Source: Amoebophrya sp. A120 (taxonomy: Eukaryota > Protista > Dinoflagellata). Taken from it: a stretch of DNA of 64,000 nucleotides. The translations under genes and the position numbers were made by a program. This document shows positions 26,192-37,876 of the stretch, piece after piece (position 1 is the stretch's first letter; every line of letters starts with the position of its first letter). The DNA is taken from NCBI GenBank assembly GCA_905178155.1, contig CAJINV010000009.1:682001-746000 (forward strand), in the 5' to 3' direction. Under the pieces are notes generated by a model. It saw nothing but the letters and a program-made list of their open reading frames with translations. It was not told the origin of the DNA and made no database searches.

Positions 26192-27217
26192 GCCGGACGT
26201 GCGGGTTGGTCTTTTCGAATAAAGTTACGCTCTTGATTCCAAGCCGTAGGATCTCCGCAGGCTCTATAGCTCGGACACTGCTTCCGCTTCTCACAACCAA
26301 CACGAGTACGTACTTGGAGTTTTTGCAGCGCGTTTTCGGTTTTGAGTCGCCGACCTTCGCAAGAACCCCTCGCACCTCAAAACCATTCCAAGAATGGAGT
26401 GCTGTTTCGCACTGCTGGGGACGTACGGAAAAGATCATGCACTCGGGAGGTCTGCTTCGTCCTAGACAAATGATGAGCACAACCACGACGAGACCAGGAA
26501 TTTGATTTGGAATTATGTTTATGATGGAGGTCAAGTAAGCTCCCGCCGCCGCTGCGTAGGCAGCGAGTCAAATCATTCAACATCTCGTCATGTGTTCGAC
26601 TACTCTACTGCCCCTATTAATGAGCGATCAACTGTTGTGTGAAAGTAGCATGCTGACTTCATGGAAAACCAGCACAGGCAGAGTACATCAGCATCGCAAC
26701 TACGCTGTCGGTTCATTGTTATGCTCAATCTTGTGAATGTGTATGTGATGTGGCCTGCAGGAGCATCAGCATCACTCAACAATTGCAAACGAAGATCCAG
26801 AAAATTACTCACCAAGAAGAAAATTGGCACGCCAACTACGTATGCCAGAGCAAGCAAGAACTTTAGTAGATTGGAGCGACGAGAGTTGTTCTAGTAGAAG
26901 CACTCTGGTTCTTTGATTCACACAGGACCTCAAACTTCCTATAACTTCCTCAAGATTTCCCCCTGATGAACTATCTCCACACCCTAGCTACCCCTAGATT
27001 TTTACCCCATGAAAGTTGTTTCGCTCCTCTATCATGATGTCCTTACGTAGTGAAAATTATATTCACGGAGTTTATTTGAAACGAGTCAAAGAAGTTCGCT
27101 TTATCAATTTGTATCTGAGAAAAAACAAAAAGACATCTTCCTTCGCTTCCACCTAGTCTCACTTTCAAGACAAATATACATTGAACCTTCTTGGTGCAGC
27201 TGGTGGACCTGGACAAG

Positions 27218-30200
27218 ATGTGGCCGTTTCGCAGGGGAAACAAGGAGGACGGTGGGGGGAAGAAGGCGTGGAAGGCCATATGGATTGCAAAAGTGTCTGG
27301 GTCTGGAAGATTGCAACTTGTCGTGCTAAATCCGAATCATGCAAAAATCTGTGTTGCATGATTACCAAAAGAGGTCCACTTTTGAACAAGTTTAAAGGCA
27401 GTTTCTCATGCAGAATAGGCATAAAAGAGACCTCACAGCCTCTGTCATGCTAGGTCCCGCATTCCAAACCTCAAGGGTCATGGAAAACCTGCATGACTGC
27501 CCCCTTCATCCTAAGTGCCATCAGCCATGGTATCTGGAAAACCTGCATGACAAGTTCACATTCTTCCAGACCCAGACATTTTTACATTTGATAGGCCAAG
27601 CTGGACGACAATCCAATGACCATGTACTACAACAAGGAGTTGAAATGCTGGGTCGAAAAGGGCAAGGAGGAGGAAATGCGAAAGAAACTGGAGCAGACCG
27701 CCGCCCCGCCGCCGACGGCTGCACAGCTAAGGGTGCCACCAGGCGGCGGTCCGCCGGGCGCGGGCAGCTCAAGAGTAGACGATGCAAGAGACGACGATGA
27801 CGATATCCTGGGAAAAATGCTCCGCGCCCCAACCCGGTCTCTGCCCGGCCGCGCCGGCGCGAGTCAGGCGAGCCGCCGAACGACACAGGGAGGCATTGGA
27901 GGCGGCCTCATCCCGGGGATCCCGGGCGCGAATCACATCAGCATGCCGAGCCTGATTCCCACGCCCGGGTCCCTATCCGCGGGAGGATCGCAGCCGGTAT
28001 TTGATAGTCTTTTGCTCATGTACATGCTTGTTTTTTTTCCCCATTTCTCCGCTTCTCAGCTTGCTGGTACCAAGCAAGATCGCGTTGATGCAAATGAATA
28101 GCAAGAATTAACCAAACTCCACACACAGGATCTGCACGCGGGCAACGATATACTTCCCGCAGCAACCGGCGGTCCTTCAATACCAACGCCCGTGCCTGTC
28201 CAGCCCTCGGTGTCGGACCCGACCCAAACGGCAGGAGCAGCCCGGCCCGCCGTTGGGGGTGGGCGCAGCTGGCAGGACGACGAGGACGAGGATGAAGACC
28301 TGCTAGGCTTGAAAGTCACGAAGAAAAAGGACACGCCGCGCCTAGTCGTCACGCCGCCGGTCACGCACGCAGAACCACGTGCACAAGAGCAAGGGCTCGC
28401 TCCGCCGCTAGAAACGACTTCTGCAGCTGCAACTTCACAATCACACGAAGTAAATCAGTACAAGCCTGCAGCTTTGCCGCCCACGGTGTCCCCCAGTCCA
28501 TCGGAGCAAGAAATGCAGACCAACAATGCGGACCCATTCGGCTCCTTTGGCGGGCAAAGTCCCAGCGGTGGAAAGACCGCGGGAGAACAAACTCCTCCTG
28601 GATACGAGGCCTACACCGCTGGTGCAGCAGCTTCTTCGTTCGCAGATTCATCGCAACAAGAACAGGGTCACGTGTTACCCGCAGCGGGGCACTTTCCACC
28701 ACAGCCTGTGATGAATGACCTGTTCGATCCACCGGCGCCAACCGTAGGTGTCACGACATCATACGACGGCAACATACCACAAACTGCTGAACAAGTTCCA
28801 ACTTCCCAGTTCCGGCCTCCACCGCGTGACCACCGCGACGATCTGCAATCAGCACCTGACGCATTGCAGGATCCACCAGCACAGCGATCTTCTTATGAGG
28901 AAGGCTATGAAAACCTGCAGGAGCATTCAGAACAGGTTGCGGGGCGGGCGGAACAGCTGGAGCCGATAACATTTGGACCACCTCCTGCGCAGTCAACTAC
29001 GGAAGGTGAAGAGGAGGACGGGGATCCTCTTGAGCACGACCAGACTGCTGCAGCCCCCGTACAAGGAGAGCAAATTATACAAGACGACCCACACGACTCT
29101 GACTCAGCACGACCAAGCGAGGCGGCGTTTTCCGCGAGACGAGTTCCGCCCCCCGACGGCTATGCCTCCTCCAGCACCTCCGGGGCAGCAAAGTCAAAAT
29201 CTCGATCACCAGCAGAGATGAAGCCCTCGGACATCGAGCTAACGCAGGACGGCGAGAATTTTTTGGCTGATGTCGGCGATGACGAGATCGATAAGTACAC
29301 CGTGGACGAGAACCACGAAGTGCGATTACGCGCCGCAACGGAGCCCACGGGGGCAGCTTCTGGATCGCACGGAGAACAAACGTCAGCACAGCAAGCGATG
29401 CAGCAACCGATTTCGATCTCGGTCACAGGCCTTGAGCACCAAATCATACATCCCTCGTCCAGTGGTAGCTCCTCGTCCTCTGCTCTGTTAAACAACAACG
29501 ACCAGCACAACAACATCGTTCCAAACAGGGGAGGACAGAATGTCCTCGACTTCACCGATCTGGACATCACAGCGTCCAATTACGGCTCGAAAAAGTCCAC
29601 CAGTTCCAAGCTGAACCAGTTGGAAGCGATTCCTGACGACGAACTGGAGGAAAGGGTGAAGTCCCTTCTCGCGGAGGACCGGAGTCGTGACGGCACTATG
29701 TTGTGCAAAAGTATCGTACTCGTACTAATTGCAAATGCGCATGACAAATCTGCCTTCTAAGGTAAAACAGCATTACAAATCCCATTTTTCTTCTTGCCAA
29801 AATTTGTAATGCAATTTATACTAGTACGATACTTTTGCAATGCATAGGCACCGATCACAAACAAAATCTGTACCAGAAGCAAAACGCACTCCACACCTAC
29901 AGCAGTTCGGTGTACTACAAACCCGGAGGAGGTGGTGGAGCTACTGGTGGGTTGAACAGCGCCACCCTCGCGTCCGGCGTGATTAATATAAATAACGTCC
30001 CGGGCTCGCTCACGTTGAACCAGGACCACCTCAGCGACTTGCTCCGCGCGCCGCCAAACACCACCGATCTGGCTTCGATCAACTACAATTCCAAGAATTT
30101 ACTCTCCTCAGCTTCCGGAGCGGGAAATGCGACTTCATCCTCAGCCGTGCTCGAGGCGGGAAGAGATGGCGCCGTCGAAGGAGGCATCGTCTCGAGCAAT

Positions 30201-32588
30201 TCCGCAGTCGTGACGAACGAAGAGCTTATGGCTGGTATGATCAGCAAGATGGGCGCCAACGTTGCCAGTGTGAACAACATGGACGGTATGAAACTGCTCG
30301 AAGCCTTCGACGAAGCAACCCGGAAGCTGGAAACGCTTTCGATCTGCAGCGACCCAATACCGGACCAGAGTCCGCTGCTGGAATCGCCAGACATGGACGA
30401 TGATGAGGTATGTTGATTCTTGTGCCGCGTTCGTGCGTCTTAGGCGTGCTAAGTTGTTAGTAGTAAAAATCTTCTTCTGTGACAATGTAGTTCAAGAAGG
30501 CATGATAATTGCCATTGGCTGTAGCTCGTTTATGTCGACGACGTCCCTTTTCGATTCCCGGACGAGGACAACTAGTATACGTTGTATAACAGCCTTCCAG
30601 CAGCAGCACCACTCGAAGGAATTTGGCTATTTCACCTCGAAAATAAAGTAGGAGTTTCAATAAACGTGATTTCAGCTCCCGCCCGACCACGACTGGTTGG
30701 CTCAGGCGGACCACCCCGACCCAGATTTGCTCGACGACGACGCGAACGATGGGTATTCCGACGGGGACTCGGTCCTGTCCGAAGCGGAGTACCTCGGCCA
30801 GGAGCAAACCGACCCGCGGCAGTATTTGAATTCGGTAGACCTGCAGGAGCTGCAGCGCGCGCTGAAGAAGGCCTGCCAGCTCCTGCACAAGAAGGACGCG
30901 CAAATCCTCGAACTCCAAACGTACACGAAGCAACTCTGCGAGAAGTTTGAGAAGCAGCAGCAGGACGTGATGAGCCTGCTAGAGAAAAACGTGGAAAAGG
31001 AGCGAAACTTGCTACAGCAAGTTCAGGAGCAGGAGCAAAAGTTTCGGGACCGCGTGCAAAAATTCCAGGCGGAAGCCGCGGAGCTGCGGAAGGAGCTCTA
31101 CGTCCACGACGAAGCAGCCTACAAGGACGACGCTGCACTGCTCTCCGGAATCGAGAAAAGCTCCGCCTCTGGCTCGGGAATGGAAGACGATGATCAGCTT
31201 GTTGCGGATGGGGAGGAAAGAAAAGACGAGACGAGGAGAGCAGGGGCCGTTACTAGTCAGGTACGTGAGAACTTCATCTTTTTTTCGTCGTAGCATGAGC
31301 ATGACAGTGCGCAGCACCAGCTGCGTCCTAGGTACACTCGCCAGAAAGGATTTTTTCGCCGAAGATTTGCGCTCCCTCTCCTTTTCGAAAACAAAATCAA
31401 AACTGTACTCTCAATGCTCCTCCTCGACGTCATGATCGAATTGTTGAGCTGCAAGATATGCTATACTGTGTGACACTAACCTCTCAACCGAACAGACCGA
31501 CGCTCCACCTTCGTTATCAACAAACGCCGTTCAATTGTCCGCCAAGGAACAGGAGCAGTTGGATCGCTTACTCTTGTTCGTCAGCAAGGCCAATCTGCAA
31601 GAGGCCAAGAAACTGCACCGCACGGTAGACCTGCTGTCCTGTTACGGGGACAAACTCGGATTCGAACCGCTGGTGCTACAGATCCTCACCTCCTGGTGCC
31701 AATTCGTCGGGCCGTTCAGAAAAATGAAAGCCTTCTTCGTGGACTTTGGCTGCGTCGAAGCGTGTTGGGAAACCATGGACAAGTTCAGGTACTACACAAT
31801 AAACATTCTGATTTTGTCCATGACCATGACAATGACAAGACCAAGAGCTCTGGACATGATATTTTTCTGCCCGTACTTTTCAAGCGTTGCGGCTACGCTG
31901 CCGAAGACTCTTGTTTGCCACCAACTTTTAAACGCTAAGATCCACTCAACACCTACTCTGTTGTTTTCTCAGGTCCAACACTTTGATTGTCGGTCTTTGT
32001 CTGGAAGTTCTGTGGCATTTGAGCTATGGTCAGGAGGGACAAGCCCGGTTTCCGACGCAGCCCGTGGAGCGGTTACTGCAGATAGGGTTTCGCTACGTTG
32101 TTGACAAAGAGGTAAACAAAGAGCAGGCGCCAGGGCAGGCACCGTCACAAGACACTGAGAAGATCCACCAAGTAGACGAGACGGCTACGCAACACGCTAC
32201 CTCCCCGCAGATCGATGCTGCCGATCTCGCGCGCATCTGCAAGGCCGTTGTTGGCACCCTGGCGAACCTCCTGCAGGCCGGCGACATGGCTCTACTGTCG
32301 ACGTTTTTGGAACACGGAGGGATTTCGTTTCTCGAAAAAGTACTACAGCTGATCAAGGCTGCGGACTTCCTGCGTGCGGGGGGACACCATGGGAAGAGCA
32401 AAGTCATCGCCGAACAGGTTCAGACGATCACCCAGAGCGCGTTCCACTGTCTCTACCTGGTCTCATTACCAGTGCAGCTCCGGCTCCTCGTCATACAGCA
32501 GAACGGGCCCTCGCTGGTGCAAGGCAGAGCCGAAAAGTGGGCTTCGTGGTGCGCCGAGCTTTACCGGGCGACGACAAGAAGTGTATAG
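27218..32588 (+). CDS. multi-exon protein (~1360 aa): Sec16-C-like motif, Pro-rich linker, coiled coil, ARM-like C-terminus
   Basis: Exons 27218-27278, 27599-27996, 28129-29696, 29852-30407, 30676-31260, 31496-31788 and 31973-32588 join in frame (two introners, four GT-AG introns). Start and end are uncertain. Confidence 0.7.
27279..27593. mobile_element. introner/MITE, family B (315 bp), TSD GGCCA
   Basis: 32-bp TIR TATGGATTGCAAAAGTGTCTGGGTCTGGAAGA vs reverse complement TATCAAATGTAAAAATGTCTGGGTCTGGAAGA. GGCCA at 27274-27278 and 27594-27598. Excision gives KKAWKA|KLDDNPMTMYY. Confidence 0.92.
29697..29846. mobile_element. introner/MITE (150 bp), TSD GGCAC
   Basis: 28-bp TIR TATGTTGTGCAAAAGTATCGTACTCGTA vs reverse complement TATGCATTGCAAAAGTATCGTACTAGTA. 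GGCAC at 29692-29696 and 29847-29851. Excision gives RDGT|DHKQNLY. Confidence 0.92.
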
Positions 32589-33661
32589 GATCTTCGAAGT
32601 ACGCAGCTCATCTTCCGGCCGACGACGAGAAGCAGATCGACCCGGCGTACACGAGTTGAGGCATTGTCGTCGGTCATGTTTGAATACTTACGGCGACAAA
32701 ACAGTGCTCGTCCAGCGCCGCTGGTGCCTTCGAGCACGACCACCGGCGCGGCTGTTCATTTTAATCAGCCCGAATGAACACGAAAAGGACTTTTCAGGGT
32801 GCTGATGTATTCTTGTTGATTCAAAATCACAAGAACATAAACATTGACAAACGAAATAAACGACACTGAGAACTCTCTGAAACGAAGCGACCCTATGGCT
32901 ATCAAGAAGTTGTCAGATTTCTCGCTGCTCGTTGTAGCGAAGTGGTTGTATCAAATATCACGACGAAATCGACGCTTGTTTCGACATGTTGAAGCACAAC
33001 TATGAAAGTACCCATGTTTATGCTTTTTTTTCGCTCGGCCTCGGTCAGACGACAACGAACTAGCTACCGGCCGTTCCTCATCTAAAGGTAAAGATAGACA
33101 ACATTCCGTACTCTCCCGGTTTTCATGTTCGGTTTTGCTTTATGACGTATTGGTTTTGGTATGGCTGCGCGCAGCATACTGCTGTCGGTGCGGCCAGGCA
33201 TTCGCTTATTTTTTTTGAAGGATTGCGTTCTACACCCGTGACCACGAAGTGTCTTTTTTTCTCGTGTGCTGTTGAATAGCTCTGTTTTGGTTTTCTTTGC
33301 AACTAGCAATTTCCATATCATTTTTTTTCAGTTCTACTTATTGGTGAAATCTGATTTCGGTTCCCTGTTGGTATATTTTTGCTGCATGATTCGGTGTGAT
33401 CATTATCTTATGTGGTGACCGTACTATACGCTCTGCGAGTGCTTCTAGTGCGAGCTGTTATGCATATGCTTATGTTCTTGTACTTCTATCCGTACTGTAA
33501 TAATCCTCGATACACTTCTTGCAGTCGTGCTTGGTGGCGTGGATGACGCCTTGACTCTTGCTCTTCTGATCTGCCGTTGCTGCCCGTAATTGATTTTTTT
33601 CTGTATCTTCCGCTTGCTGTCGTTAAGTCTGCGCATGAGCTAACTTTATTCCACCCCGAAA

Positions 33662-35545
33662 ATGATCCCAACGCGGTCAGGAAGCCCGAAAACTAATATG
33701 AATTCGCTGAACCCGGCAACAATGAACAGCCAGCACCACCTTCTACTTACGGAGCAGGACCAGCAAGGTGTTGTTGACGATGCAAATCTGCACAACAACA
33801 TGCAGCAGCAAATCCCGCACCAGCTCCTCGCCCAAAACCAAAATCGGGACCACGGCGCCAGCGCGAGTCGACCTCCGGGCCCGCGGTCGGAGGTAACTTT
33901 TTCATCCGTGTCCTCAGACGATAGCTTACCGCTCGGGTGCGAGCACAACGAGTACTTCTGGATCAAGAGGTACCGAGCCTTGAAGCGACGCGTCTCCGCC
34001 AACAAAGTGCGGCAGACCGGAGAAAATCTGCAGGAAGCCCCCATTTTGGAGGAAGAGGAGGAAGGAGTACTTGCACTAGTTTTCTAACTTTGTTCTATGA
34101 AGATTAGTCGTAGTTCTTTTGCGCTGCTAGTGCTACAGAACAATAGTTTGATTTTGTCGAGCTCGCTGCCAAGGCTTACCTGCGCGTCTTGTTCCTCTTC
34201 GACGGACCGTAAATCAAAATGATTCGCAGCAGGAATCGTACACGTATCGTGAATTGTGAATACCAATATACCCGTACTACCATACTAGGCCGGCAGCCCG
34301 CTAGGCGGCGGCGTCGCAGCGGCACCGGACCAACTGACAAACAATTTGCTCCCGAACCGCTTGAAGCGACTGCCTTGTACCCGCTTCTACATGGAGGAAT
34401 CGAGGCAGGATCCCTTTACCGACTTCGTGCACTCGGAATTCCTCGCAGCAGTTGTCTCGTCGGCGGCAGATCTTCATCAGAGTGCAGCGCAGCAGACAAG
34501 TCCACCGAGCATGAATCTCCTGGGGTGTGGGATGGCCAACAAAAGCCGCATGGCGCTGCTGCGCACCCAGGACTCGTTGCTCATTTCCGCGGTAAGTTCC
34601 CGCTGGTTCGTCGTGGACGTGTTTAGTGGAATCGTGCCCACCGGCGCCGCTGTAACCCTGCAGCAACAGCTATGACAGTGCACAACTGCAGCTCCACATC
34701 CCCCTCTCATTCAAAACACACACGAACTTGCCGCTTGCTGTTTGGCAGTGTAGCCACTGCCGCAGGGTTTGCAAGGCAAGTCCCTGGATCTACTTGCCAA
34801 ACCGCGCTACCGTTCATCGTTCACGGAGTTGTATTCTTACGGAAAGCTCAGTCAGATGTCTTCCGTTGCAGTTGATTGTGTCGCTGTTAATCATGCGCGT
34901 CGAATGAGAGGGATGGGCGAAGAAATATTTGTGCACTCGGCCCATAACACCAGAGCGGCGGCGCGGGCAAAAAGAAGCTGCTCGTCGGCGTTACCCGGTC
35001 CCCGCAGCAGCAGCCCTGCGACCTGTTGGACACAAAGCTGGTCACGCTCGGTGAGGAGCTGTTCACATCACACTCCGCGGGCGTTGGGAGCAGCTCCAGC
35101 TCGACCTCGCGGGTCAAATTGCTCGTCACGCCCGCGCTCGAATCGCCACAGACCAGCAAGTACGTGCCGGGGGACATCACTGTCTTCGTGAACGACCAAA
35201 AAGTGGCGGAGAAAATTGAACACGTATCAACTGTAAAAATGTCTGGGTCTGGAAGAGTTCATGTTTGTCATGCTTGTCTGGCATGACTCTTAAATCTGTC
35301 ATGCACGTTACCCAAGATCTGCGCTTTTCTGTGATGCAGAAGCGCAGTCTGTCATGCAGAATAGGCAACACCTAGGAGCTCAGAAACTTGTCATGCTGAG
35401 CCAGCATTTGTAGCCTCATCATGAGGATGAGAGGCTACCCAGCATCACAAGTTCCCAGACCCAGACATTTTTACACTTGATAACACGGATTCAGTTGCGA
35501 TCAGGAGCTTTTCGGGCTGGCGGTGGTATCCAGGTCGAACAGTAT
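33662..35545 (+). CDS. multi-exon hypothetical protein, possibly with a SPRY/neuralized-like beta domain; 3' end unresolved
   Basis: Gln-rich first ORF, probable GT-AG intron 34592-34765, and segments KKLLVGVTRSP and GDITVFVNDQKVAEKIEH|GFSCDQELFGLAVVS joined across introner 35225-35482. Exon model is incomplete. Confidence 0.45.
35225..35482. mobile_element. introner/MITE, family B (258 bp), TSD ACACG
   Basis: TIR TATCAACTGTAAAAATGTCTGGGTCTGG pairs with CCAGACCCAGACATTTTTACACTTGATA. ACACG at 35220-35224 and 35483-35487. Confidence 0.93.
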
Positions 35546-36983
35546 GTGTCCTGATATGATACTGTTGTGTAATAAAAAAGAGCTACAGTTTCAGTTTGAG
35601 TCGAGCTCTTGTGCTCGTTCCATGAAGATGCATTTGCAAGATGTCGCCACTACGTACTGGAGTGACCATAGAGAAGTACAGAGGGAACGGGAAGCTTTGA
35701 GATGCTGTTGCTCCTCCCGAACTTCCCAGTTAGAAATCTGCAGTAGCTGCTGCATAAAGTTAAAGATGTGCATCCAAGATGAAGGAACAGGAAGAGAGTT
35801 TCAGAACAGTGCATCTTCAGGACAGAAGTTCTGACTGCGATACTTCTGGCAGGGGACCCTATCAGACGTTAAGCTCGTGGAGTACTGAAACCTTGGACCA
35901 CCGACGGAGATCTTCACAAACCCTTCTGCCCGACGAGAGCGACTACCTGCTGCGCTTTTTTCTTTTGGTGTTTCCACCCCTGAAGTGGTTTCAAAGTACC
36001 GACCAGGTCGGTCCTGGACAAGAAGATACTTACTTAATTTACTTTTAATTATAATTATCGAGCGAGAATAAAGCCTTTCACGGACGACCATCAACATTAC
36101 TGGCAATCAAGACAAATAAACTAGAACTGTACGTGCTAATCGTAAAGCGGGGAGGGAAACAGGCCTCGTCCGTTCCTATTGTCTTTGCAAAATCGCGGTT
36201 GCACAAACAAGTAAAAGTAGAAAAACACTTTGCTATATTTTGACGAATGTACAATTTATGGTACGCACACGCACTACTTTCTCGTTGACGTCTTTTGTGT
36301 TTCCCTTTGCAGATGAAATGAGTTTTTGAACATGTAGTTGGACTTCATCAATTTCAATGTCAAGACTTTATGAAGAATTCTCCGTGTTTGATTCCATATT
36401 TGTTGCTTCTGTCGACCGGTCCAAGCAGGACTGACAAGAGAGCAGCGTTTGTATTTGGACATTCATTCCTGTACAAAAAATGCAGAAAAGCGTTAAGATG
36501 AAATATAATATTCAAGAACTGGATGATGATCGCCAAACCCAAAGCTAATTGCGATGGAACGAGGACAGTGAGTGTGCCCCGAAGCGGGTACAGTCGTACA
36601 CTGTTATTTGTGTTTGCGTGTTTCCTCTCTTTGGTTTGTTTCTCTCCGTGCTGAAACAACTTTTCCCTGACTCGTCGTAGAAGTCGATCGTATCTTCCAG
36701 CATCGTCGTTAAAAACTCGTGCTCTTCGAAATTTTGCATGGGTGTTAGAGCAACCACAAGACAGCTCGAAGATGAAAAGCTTGCTGGGTCGCAAGAATTG
36801 ACAGTTCGCTGAGATACAAGGATACAACTACAAGAGATTCGATCGTCAGAAAGAATTCGGGCTGTATTCAACATCGAATCGCTGCTCGCTGGTCGTTTCT
36901 CATCTCCTTCGTGATCGTGTCCAAGAAACGTATTCTTTCATCCGGTTTATCGCCATCCCAATCCTATTCCGAAATTAATCGCA

Positions 36984-37617
36984 TCCACCCGAGTGTAGTC
37001 AGCCGGACCATTTTTAGAAGACGTTGCGAGGTGGGCGGAGAGGCATCACGCGTGCAGTGGAACGAGAGGAAGGCCAGCGCTCAACTGTGTGATGTTCGTC
37101 GTATACTGTCCTGCTAATCCTGGCAGTAGCATTCATCAGGTGTGTGGGTTCTAAACAACTTACTTGTTCCTCGGCGTTACTACGCCTGCTACACCCTTTT
37201 TCACGGTTGATATGTGGATAGATATTTTAAAGTTTGGTCTCCGCTTGTGGAAGACCGGCGATTCGCGCCTGAAAATGCACGTGTAGCTGCGCGTTACTCT
37301 TCCAGTTCGTGCGGACTCCTGGTGTTGCTCCCACCGTTGGGAGTATAAGAAAGAAGAACATAAGGACGTCGGGTTTTCGAGAGCTTTACATTATTCGACT
37401 CCCTTCCACTTTTTGGTCCTTTTGGTGCGTTCACGCACATCCAGGATTTTTGTGGTCGGGGGCCCGCCGAAGTTTTGCGCGCGGGTTTAGCCCTCTTCTA
37501 CCCCCCGTAAAAAGGCACGTCTTCGGACCCTTCAGGTCGCTGCCCCTCCGCCCGCGTTGCGCCCGCGCTTCGCCATACGATACGATACGATACTATGTAG
37601 GTTATCTCTCTCTCTCT
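36984..37617 (+). mobile_element. 634-bp retroposon-like insertion (SINE-like, or 3' end of a truncated LINE)
   Basis: Perfect 20-bp direct repeat CTATTCCGAAATTAATCGCA at 36964-36983 and 37618-37637. The 3' end has (TACGA)3 followed by a (TC)n tail. Confidence 0.75.
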
Positions 37618-37876
37618 CTATTCCGAAATTAATCGCAGAAGAATTGTGAGCCCTCTATTAACATGTTCTACTGCAATTTCTTTTTTCTTCTTCAGAAAAG
37701 CAGTTTTTCGCGTGTCAAATCGACCAGCACAAAGACAAATATAAACTGTATTCGACAGGAATAAATGTGAAGAACATGACGCGTAAGGGATGTCTCAAAC
37801 ATCTCAGTACAGTCCACAGCCAGTACCATCAAGTATACAAACAGACTCATGAAAGGTCAGAAAAAATAGTAGTGGA

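Noticed and set aside
25284-26534. Long minus-strand ORFs (416 aa here; also 8404-9396, 38153-39289, 46883-47824)
   Set aside because: Antisense shadows of + strand coding regions with no protein motifs.
27997-30675. GT-AG introns starting GTAT (27997, 30408) as fully decayed introners
   Set aside because: No matching ATA end, TIR or TSD remnant is detectable by eye.
36360-36874. Minus-strand ORF fragments as a decayed transposase
   Set aside because: No DDE, zinc-finger or RT motif is recognisable.
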